This document shows positions 55,366-64,000 of a DNA stretch of 64,000 bases, in pieces. How positions within the stretch are numbered: position 1 is the first letter of the stretch; each line of letters opens with the position of its first letter. The notes beneath the pieces are model-generated. The model ran no database searches and was not told the DNA's origin. It saw only the letters and a list, made by a program, of their open reading frames with translations. The position numbers were made by a program, and so were the translations under genes. The stretch comes from Pelagomonas calceolata (taxonomy: Eukaryota): NCBI GenBank assembly GCA_918797485.1, contig CAKKNE010000003.1:4278001-4342000 (forward strand), given 5' to 3'.

Positions 55366-56004
55366 ATGGCCGCCCTCGAGGAGCGCGCGGCGCTCACGGG
55401 CGAGGCCTCGCACCTCTTCCGCATCCGGCGGACGCTGCTCAAGATGCTCAAGAAGCGGTCGTACGTCGTCGACGCGGCGCAGCTCGCCATGACGCCGCGG
55501 GGCTTCGTGGACCAGTTCGGCGACCAGCCGAAGCGGAACGACCTGACGATCCTCGCGGAGCACGAGACCGACGCCGAGGACCAGCTCTTCGTCTTCCTGC
55601 CGGACGACGACAAGGTGGGCGTCAAGACCATCAAGCAGTACTGCGAGATGATGAAGGAGGCGAGCGTGAGCCACGCGATCCTCGTGGTGAAGCAGGGCGT
55701 CACGCCCTTCGCCAAGACCGCGCTCCAGGAGATGGCCTCCACGTACCTGATCGAGCACTTCCGCGACGCCGAGCTGCTGGTCGACGTGACCGAGCACCGC
55801 CTCGTGCCGGCGCACGCCCTCCTGTCGCCCGAGGACCGGCAGGCGCTCCTGGACCGCTACAAGCTCCGGGCGGAGCAGCTGCCGCGCATCCAGCGCACGG
55901 ACCCGGTCGCGCGCTACTACGGCCTCAAGGTCGGCGACGTCGTCAAGATCGTGCGGCCGTCCGAGACGGCGGGGCGGTACGTGACGTACCGCGTCTGCAT
56001 CTAG
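55366..56004 (+). CDS. RPB5: DNA-directed RNA polymerases I/II/III subunit RPABC1
   Basis: LFRIRRTLLKML, KVGVKTIK, ELLVDVTEHRLVPAH, QLPRIQRTDPVARYYGL, RPSETAGRYVTYR; intronless. Confidence 0.97.
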   Translation: MAALEERAALTGEASHLFRIRRTLLKMLKKRSYVVDAAQLAMTPRGFVDQFGDQPKRNDLTILAEHETDAEDQLFVFLPDDDKVGVKTIKQYCEMMKEASVSHAILVVKQGVTPFAKTALQEMASTYLIEHFRDAELLVDVTEHRLVPAHALLSPEDRQALLDRYKLRAEQLPRIQRTDPVARYYGLKVGDVVKIVRPSETAGRYVTYRVCI

Positions 56005-56291
56005 GGGTTTAAAATAGAATAAGCTCTCGCTCTCGCTGGGCGGCGGCACGTGAGGACCGGTCAAGCATGCCCCAGTTCATGCCCCGCGTCGGCGCCGCGG
56101 GCAGCGAAGCAAACTTGCGAGTGAATTAGAAACCGAGGCCCGGACGGAGGACATGCCATGGTCCACATCACCGCGCTGGGCGCTCTTCGCCCCAGGCTTC
56201 CCAGAAGCGACACTCCAGCTATGTCATGGGGCCGCCCTGTGTCTTGGGCCCATGGGCAGCATGGCATGAGGAATTGGCAAGTTCGAAACAT

Positions 56292-59200
56292 TTACTCCGC
56301 GGCGCGCTCGTCCCGGGAATTGGCGAGCTCGTCCGCGGGCCGGCCGGGCCTCCGGATGGTGGTCACGGTCTCGACGGGCGGTAGCCCCCTCCGCGTGCCG
56401 GCGAGCACCTCCTTGTCCGGCAGCGCGTCGGCCTCGATCATTTTCACCCTCGACGCCGGCCTCTCCTGCAGCCCCCGTGCCAGATCCGCCGCGCCGATCT
56501 CCTTGCGCCGCGCCGCGCCCCAATCTTTCATCGTCTCGGACAGGTGCCCGTGCGCGTCCATGGCCCGCGTCAGGTAAAAGTCCTCGGCGCGCTCGGCGGC
56601 GCGCGCCTCGGTCAGGCCGACCAGGCCCTCCAGTTTCAGGTTGCAGTCGTCGGCGAGGCGGGCATGCTTCAGCAGGTTCTTGTTCAGTCGCGTCGCGTTC
56701 GCGTCGACCGATCGCAGCAGGAGCGGGTCCGCGGTCCGGAAGAACTCCTCGTGGTTCCGCCACCGCTCGCCGAAGTGGACGCGCCGCCGCAGGCGCTCCT
56801 TGACCTCGGGCAGCGCGCGCTCGTGCGCCTCCAGCAGGGGGGCGATCGTCGCCGTCAGGGCCTTCTGAAGCCGCGCGGGGATGAGGGGCCCGACGCCGTT
56901 CACGGCCTCGTAGCGTACCGGCGCAGCGGGCACCGGTTGCCGCTTCTCCAGCTTCGTGCTCCGCACCGTCGGCGCGAGGCGATCGTCCTGCGGCACGGCC
57001 GCGAGCTCGAGCGCGCCCGCCGCGCCGGCGGCGACCGCCGGCGCGGGCAGGACCTTGGGCGGCGGCCGCGCGGCGTCCGCCCGCAGTCGCCTCGTCGTGA
57101 GGGCGTACTTGGCCGGGTCCATCTTGACGCGCGCCGCGACGGGCCCGAGGGCCTCGGCGACCGGCGCGGCGCGCGGCGACGCGTCCCCGGCCGCGGGCGC
57201 GGCCGGGGCCTCCCCGGTGGGCGGCGCCTCGTCCGCCCCGCAGAGCTCGACCTGTGCATAAATCAACCAGTGAGTCGGGTGCACGGCGAAAACGCAGCCG
57301 TGTAGAAGCGCCGCGACAACTTGATTCATGCACTGAGCTCGACCACCGCCTCCTGGACCCGCACCAGCTCCCCCACGAGCAGCGCCGTCGCGCGCCGCTC
57401 CGCGAGCAGGGTCCCGACGACGGTCCCCAGGAGCTGGACCGGCGGCATGCCGCTGTCGCCGCAGAGCTTCCGCACCCGCTCCTCCTCGGCCTTCATGCGG
57501 TCGAGCTCGACCTGGAGCTTCCCGAGCACCTGTGTGGAAATCGAAATTTTACGGCGCGTTCGCGCTGGATCGCCGCGTCGACCTCCACGCCATCGACGCG
57601 ACGCCTGCTCGATGGCGTGGCGATGCCGGTCCCTCGCCGCTCGACGGAGCCAGGACGGCCGCGTCATCGCCGAGAAATGACTTGGTGAAGGATCATCGGG
57701 TGCACCCGACGCACTGGTTGATTTCCACACAGCCGAGTGCCCCCTCGGCCTCGACGCGCTTCAGGAACTCGGACTCCTTCTCGGCCTCGGCGATCTTCAG
57801 CACGCGGCGCACGCGCGCCACCGCGGTCTCGGCCGCCTTGGCGTCGTCGCGGCTCCTGACCTGCAGCGCCAGCACCTTCTCCTGGAGGATGTCGCGCTGG
57901 TGCTCCAGGTCGTAGGCCCGGTGCTCCATGTTCGCGTCGCACGCGCCCGCGGCGTCGAACAGCGGCACCTGCCAGCCGATCGCCCGCAGCCGCCTTCGCT
58001 TCGCGGCCAGCTCCGCCACGAACGCCTGGAGTTTCTCCTTCGCGAAGCGCGAGCCGCCCGTCGCGGCCGCCGCCTCGAGGCCGTCCCGCGCCGCGACGTC
58101 CGCCAGGATCGTCCGCGACAGGTCCCGGGCCTCGGTCGCGAGCTGCTCGCGGTGGAGCGCCGAGGTCGCCTGGACCACGTCGTCGCCGAGGTCCTCCGGC
58201 GCGGCGCCGGCCGCGCGCGCCTGCGTCTCCCGTAATCGCCGCGCCTCGGCCTCCTCGGCCTTGCGCCGCAGCTCCTTCTCGCGCGCGGCCGCCTGCGCCT
58301 CCAGCCGCCGCAGCTTCTTCTCGTACTCCTTGCGGAGCGCGTCGTCGCCGCCCGCCCGCAGGCGCTCGGCCTCGGCCGCCAGCGCGGCCTTCGCGGCCGC
58401 CTCCGCCGCCGCCGCGTCGGCCCGCCGCGCGCCGCGCGCCGCGATGCGCTTCTTGTACTTCTTCTGCAGGGAGACGATCGTCGCCAGCGCGCGCACGGCG
58501 TTGTCGCCCGGCGGCGCCGCGCCCAGCCGCAGCAGGAGCTGCGCGACCAGCCGGTGCAGCCGCGGGAGCGGCATCCTCGAGGTCATGTCCGCCTGCAGCT
58601 CCGCGAGGCCCGTCCGCACCTCGTCCACGAGCGACTGGAGCTCCCTGCACCTGCGCTCCTGCGCCGCGACGCCCTTCAGCTGCCGCTGGACCTGGCGGTC
58701 CGCCGCGTCTCCCGCCCGCGCCGCCGCGTCGACGTCGCCCGCGAGCGACGCGATCTCGTCGCGGGCCGCGCGGAGCCGCGCCTCGAGGTCCGCCGCGCCG
58801 CTCGCGGCGCGCTCGAGCTCCGCGGCGTGCCCCTCCGCCAGGGCCTCGAGCGCCCCGGCGTGGTCGGCGGCGGCCGCCGCGGCTTCGCGCCGCAGCGTCT
58901 CCAGCGCCGCGGCGTGGTCCGCGGCGGCCGCCGCGGCGTCTTCCTTCATTTGCGCGAGCGCCGCGTCGTATTCCGCTTGCTTGGCCTCGAGCTGGGCTCG
59001 CAACGCGTCGAGCGCCGCGTCGTCGCTCGGCGCCGGGGCGTCGCGCCGCGCCTGCTCCGCCAGGGACGCCTCGTCCCGCCGCGCGGCCTCGCGCGCCGCC
59101 GCGGCGTCGGTCTGCGCCTTCGCCAGCGCCTCCTCGTGCGCCGTTTGCGCCCGTGCCAAGGCGTCCGCGGCCGCTCCCTTCGCGGCGTCCAGCGCGGCGG

Positions 59201-62200
59201 CGTGCTCGGACGCCAGCGCCTCGAGCGCCGCCGCGTGCTGCCCGGCGAGGGCCTCGGAGGCCTCCCGCAGGGCGTCCATCTCCGCGTCCAGCGCCTCGCG
59301 CAGCCGCGCGAGCTGGTCCTCGTGGTCGGCGATCGTGATCGACCCGTCGATGCCGCTCTCGAGCGAGGCCGAGAGGCGCGCGGCGCGCGTCACGGCGCGG
59401 TTGAGCGCCGCGGCGCAGGCGTCGAAGGCCGCGCGCTCGGCCGCGAGCGCGTCGTCCAGGTACGCCGCGGCCCGCGCGAGGCCCGCGGCCTCCTCGTCCC
59501 GCCGCCGGGCCTGCTGCGCGGCCTCGTTCGCGGCCTCGCTCGCGGCCTCGCTCGCGGCCCGCCGCAGCGCGTCGCCGTGCAGCGCGGCGAGCGCCCCGTT
59601 GACGGCCTCCGCGGCCGCCGCGCGGTCGCGCTCGCCGGCCGCGGCGGCGAGCGCGGCAACGCGGTCGCGGTCCGCGGCGGCCGCGACGTCCTGCGCCGCC
59701 GCCACGCGCCGGTCGGCCGCCTCGCGTAATTTGTCCTCGAGGTCGGGGTCGCCGCGGACGACCTCCTCGACGACCGTCTCGACGGCCGCCGGCGCGGCGG
59801 CGAGGGCGCCGAACGCCGCCTCCGACGCCTCGCACCGCGCGAGCGCGCCGGCGCGCGCCGCCTCCGCCGCGTCGCCCCGCGCGAGCGCGTCCGCCGCCGC
59901 CCGCTGCGCCGCGTCGAGCGCCCGCTCCAGCTCCGCCCGCACGCCCTCGAGCCGCAGCGCCGCGGAGGACGCCGCGCTGCCGGCGGTCGTCGGGCGGCCG
60001 GAGCCGCTCGTCGGCGGCCGCTCGGCCGTCGGCGGCCGCTCGGCCGTCGCCGGCCGCTCGGCCGTCGCCGGGCGGATCTCCTCGACCCGGTCCGCCGCCT
60101 CGTCGGCGTCCTCCTCGCCCTCGGCGAAGCCAAAGGCCGACGCGAGCGCCGCGACGTCCTCCTCGGGCTCCGCGGGCTCCTTGGCCTCCTCGGCGATCGC
60201 CACGAGCTTCTGGAGCTTGTCGATCTCCAGGTGCGCCTCCGCGAGCTCGCTCCGCAGCGCCGCGAGCGTCCCCCGCAGCGCCTCGACCTCGGCCTCGCCG
60301 GCCATGGCGGCCTCGGCCTCGTCCTCGGCCATGCGCAGCGCGTCGCGCTCGCGCTGCTTCGCCTCCGCCTCCGCGCGGCGCGTGGCCTCGCGCTCCTCCT
60401 CCCGCGCGGCCTCGGCCGCGGCCAGCCGCCGGGCGGTCTCCTCGTCCCGCAGCCGCGCGGCCTCCCGGAGCGCCTCCGCCTCCTCCGCCGACGCCCCGAG
60501 GGCGGCCCGCGCCTCCGCGGCCGCCGCGTCGCGTTCCGCCTCGAGGCGCGCGCATCGAGCGGACGCGTCGCCGAGCTCGGCCTCGAGGGCCGCGACCCGC
60601 GCCCGCGCGTCCCCGAGCTCCTCCGTGAGGCGCTCGACCGTCGCGTCGCGGCCCGCGAGCTCGGTCTGGACCTTTGCGAGGGCGGCGTCCGCGTCCGCCG
60701 CCCGCGACGCGCCCTCGCGCTCGCGCCGCGCCGACTCGACCCCGCCGCGCGCTTCGGCGGCCGCGGCCGCGGCCTCGCACGCGTCGTCGCGCTGCGTCTC
60801 AAAAGCGGCCCTCGCGTCCGCGAGGCTCTGGATGATGGCGTCCCGGGCGCCCGCGATGTCGGCCGCCGCGTCGGCGACCCCCGCCGCCGTCGCGGCGTCC
60901 TGCCGCGCGGCGACGCACTCGACGTACGCGGCGTGCGCGCGGCGCTCGTCGACCGTCCGCTCCGCCTCGGCCAGGGCTCGCCGCAGCGCCTGCTCCTGGG
61001 CCGTGCCGCCGTCCACGAGCCGCTGCGCGGCCTCCTCGCGGTACGCGGCGAGCTCGGCGTCGAGCGCGGCCCTCCGCGCCTCGAGCGCCCCGATGTCTTC
61101 GGTCTTGGCGGCGGTGTCGGCCTCGAGCTCCGCGATCCTGCGCGCCGCCGCCGCCGCGGCCTCCTCCTTCTCGCCCAGGACGCCCTCGAGCTCGGCGACG
61201 CGCGCGTCGCTCTGCGCGGCGCGGGCCTCCGTGTCCGCGAGGAGCGCGTCCCGCTCCCGCAGCTCGTTCTTCAGCCGCGCCGCCTCGCGCTCGCGGTCGG
61301 AGAGCTGCTCTAGCACGCCGCGGGACTCCTCCCCGAGCCCGCCCGACGCCCGCGCGCGCAGCGTCAGGTTCTCCTCGTGCAGGTCCTCCGCCCGCTTGCG
61401 CTCGTGCTCGCGGGCGAAGGTCGCGTCGTTCAGCCGCGCCTCGAGCGCGGCCCGCTCCTGCTGGAACGCCGCCTCCCTCGCTTGCACGCGGGCCTCGTTC
61501 TCCTCGAGCCGGCGCTCCGCCGCGGCCGCGCGCCCCCGGGCCTCCTCCTTCGCCTCGTACGACGCCACGTACTTCTCCTCGAGGCCCTTCATCGCCGCCA
61601 GCATGAGCATGCGGCAGATCTTCCACTTCCGGCGCTCCCGGTCGCAGTTGCCGTGGATCAGCGCCTTCATGTTCGAGATCTTCTCGTGGACCTGCGCCTT
61701 CGTCTTCGCGTGGGCCTCCTCCGCGTCCGCGAGGAGCGACCGGAGCGCGTTCGCCGCGACGTCCGCGGCCCCGTGGGCCCGCCGCCGCGCGGCGAGCGCG
61801 GCGTCGTCCTGGCGCTTGACGACCTCCCGGAACGCGAGCTGGGCCTCCGCCTGGTTCAGCTCGTCCTGCGCGGCCTCGCGACCGCGCTCGGCGTCGCGCA
61901 GCGCCCGCGCCGTCCGCTGGAGCTCCTCTCGCGCGCGTTTCACCTCGCCGAGGCCCCCGCCCTCGCACCAGAGGCGCCGCTCGGCGTACGCGGCGGGCGC
62001 TGCGTCCGCGCCGTCGGCCCACCGGAGCAGCCTGTGGGGCCGGCGCGCCGCCACGGGCCGCGGCTCGTCCAGGAACATGGCCTCGAACACGCACCGCCGC
62101 AGCTCCGCCAGGGCGGGCAGGGCCTCGCCCAGCGCGTCGCACAGGTCGTCGAACGTCGCGCAGGCCACCGCGACGATGTCGCGCGACGGCGGCGGGCGGC

Positions 62201-63206
62201 CCTCGTCGCACGGCGCCTGGGTCAGCGTGTGCTGCGCCGCCGCCGCCGAAAACCGCGCCAGGAGTTTCGTCGACAGCGCCACGGTCCGCTCCTCGTCGGC
62301 GCGCGCGTCGAAGGACTTGAGCCACCGGTCGAGGAAGAACCGCGCGGCCCGGTCGGGCGGCCGGATCGCCTGCCGCGCGCTCAGGTCCGCCTGCAACGAC
62401 GCGGGTGGCGCGTCGTCCGTCTCCCCCGCGGCGTGCCACTCCGCGCGCAGGCGGGCGGCCTCCTCGTGGACGGCGAGTCTGGACGGCAGGCGGTTGGAGC
62501 CCGAGCCCAGGGCGACCGCCGACGCCGCGCGCCAGGGCTTCGGGTCGGCCGGCGGCGCCAGCAGGTAGCGGCCCAGTTTCAGCGCGGCCCGGTCCCGCGT
62601 CTTCGGGCCCTCGAGGGGCGGCAGCTCGGCGCCGACGCGCCCCGACGGGAACGCGGGCGCCGCCGCGGGCCGCGCGATCCGCGAACCTTGGCCCGTCTCG
62701 CGGCGATCGGGCCGCTCGAAGGCGTGCGCGAAGGACCGGATCAGGTCCTCCTTCGCCGGCAGGGGGCTCGCCGGCCGCGGCGCGTCCGGGGCCTTCCTCC
62801 GGGGCCGCCGGCCCTCGCTCACGAGCGCGACCGGGCGCCGGGGCGGAGACGCGCTCGGGTCCGGCCCGAGCGCGCCCCGCGCGGCGCCGGGCTCGAAGTG
62901 GGCCAGGGGCGTGGCCGCGCGCTCGAACTCCGGCGAGGGCGGCGGCGACGCCAGGCCGACGCGGCGCCCCGCGACGACGCCGGCCGGGTCCGCCGCCGGC
63001 GCGTAGGCGAGGCCCTCCAGGCCGAGGCGCGGCGGCGGCGCCCTCGTTTGTGCCGGCTCCGCCGGCTCGGCGTTGATGTCGCGCGACCGGGGCGGCAGCT
63101 CGGGCAGCGCCGCCGCCGGCTGCAGCGGCGCTCCCTCGACGGAGCCGACGCGGGGCTGCCGCCCCTTGCGGGCCGGGGCGCCCCGCAGGGCGAACGAGTG
63201 CTCCAT
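56292..63206 (-). CDS. Large Ala/Glu/Arg-rich coiled-coil protein (3 exons: 63206-57741, 57529-57344, 57251-56292)
   Basis: 1837-aa ORF continues in frame after removal of two introners (VEAEG|VLGKLQ; EAV|VELCG). Confidence 0.8.
57252..57335 (-). mobile_element. Introner element (84 bp, GT-AG intron 57343-57252)
   Basis: Perfect 8-bp TSD AGCTCGAC at 57244-57251 and 57336-57343; ends resemble those of the 14311-14469 element. Confidence 0.92.
57530..57732 (-). mobile_element. Introner element (203 bp, GC-AG intron 57740-57530)
   Basis: About 90% identical (by eye) and colinear with 13427-13629; TSD CCGAGCAC/CCGAGTGC. Confidence 0.93.
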
Positions 63207-63589
63207 CGGGTGTCCGTCGACGGCGATTTAGCAGGTCGTGCAAGCTCTCTGTCTCGGCGCTGGAGCCTCTTCGTGCCAATCTGATACGGTGGGCGCGGAG
63301 CACCCGTGCGGCAGACCCCGGACCCTTGCGCACGGCGTGGGCGACGACTGGCTTTCCGACACGCGGGTAGCCCCGCCGGCAGCCAGGACCCCGTGCCGGG
63401 GGCACTTAACGGTACGGGGCAGATCTCGGACCTGTCGTGGCCGAGGAGTCCCGGGCACGACTCGCGCAGCGCTATCTCGAGCGCTTTCCCAGTACTACCT
63501 CGCGCGAAACCTCGTAAGAACACTCGGGGCGACGGCGGGCGAGGGCGCGGGCGTGCGGTCACGCAGCCCCCGCGACACGAGTATTTTTC

Positions 63590-64000
63590 TTAATTTCTAT
63601 GCCACCCGGCCGGGCAACAGGCCGCGAACAGCGCCATATCTCTCACACAGAAGTAGTTTTCCGTCTCCATCAGGCAGTCGTAGCCGCTTTCCATGACGTG
63701 GCGCAACGCCCCCGACGCGCTGTGCATGATGTGCATGTGCTCGAAGACGATGAAATACGGCGTGATCTTCGACAGGTCGACGGATCTGACAATGATCTGG
63801 TCGTGGCCCTCCGCGTCCACCGACAACACGACCAGGTCGTCCCGCAGATCGTGCTCGTCCAGGAGCGTCCGCACCGTGGAGGCCCGGACCTCGACGTCGA
63901 CGACGAGTGCTTCCAGATTCGGAATCCAGTGCTTGTGCTTAAGGATGTTCTTCAGCGACAGCGACGCGATCTGACTCGTGAACGAGGCCGGAAACGCCTT
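63590..64000 (-). CDS. FkbM-family methyltransferase (5'-partial)
   Basis: TVRTLLDEH...VLSVDAEGHD...IVFEH pattern; runs off the window end. Confidence 0.7.
   Translation of the reverse strand, partial: KAFPASFTSQIASLSLKNILKHKHWIPNLEALVVDVEVRASTVRTLLDEHDLRDDLVVLSVDAEGHDQIIVRSVDLSKITPYFIVFEHMHIMHSASGALRHVMESGYDCLMETENYFCVRDMALFAACCPAGWHRN

Noticed and set aside
57664..63405. Very long overlapping ORFs (1546, 1038 and 868 aa) in other frames
   Set aside because: Stop-poor shadow frames of a very GC-rich coiled-coil gene, with Ser/Ala/Arg- or Gly/Arg-only composition.

Overview
Eukaryotic, GC-rich nuclear DNA, most likely from a pelagophyte alga (Pelagomonas/Aureococcus-like; inferred from composition, gene content and introner-type introns, not from a database search). 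Bases 8-11436 hold the 3' ~2040 codons of PRP8. I resolved 38 complete short introns by hand against the conserved protein: 9 are GC-AG, 37 of 38 downstream exons start with G, nearly all have a CRGYGT(C)-like motif at +8 to +11, and many share internal modules in either orientation. Five young introner DNA elements with TIRs and 8-bp target-site duplications are spliced out of three other genes. One of these genes encodes an unusual single-pass receptor: DUF285/BspA-like repeats, Pro/Thr stalk, TM, MLKL-like four-helix bundle, intact kinase, EF-hands. The rest contains housekeeping genes (NOG2, proteasome beta2, CK2 alpha, PP5, RPB5), a Tubby-like gene, several glycan-modifying enzymes, ankyrin, coiled-coil and zinc-finger proteins, two truncated LTR-retrotransposon 5' ends, a hAT-like MITE and small dispersed repeats. 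Most listed ORFs are GC-rich shadow frames.
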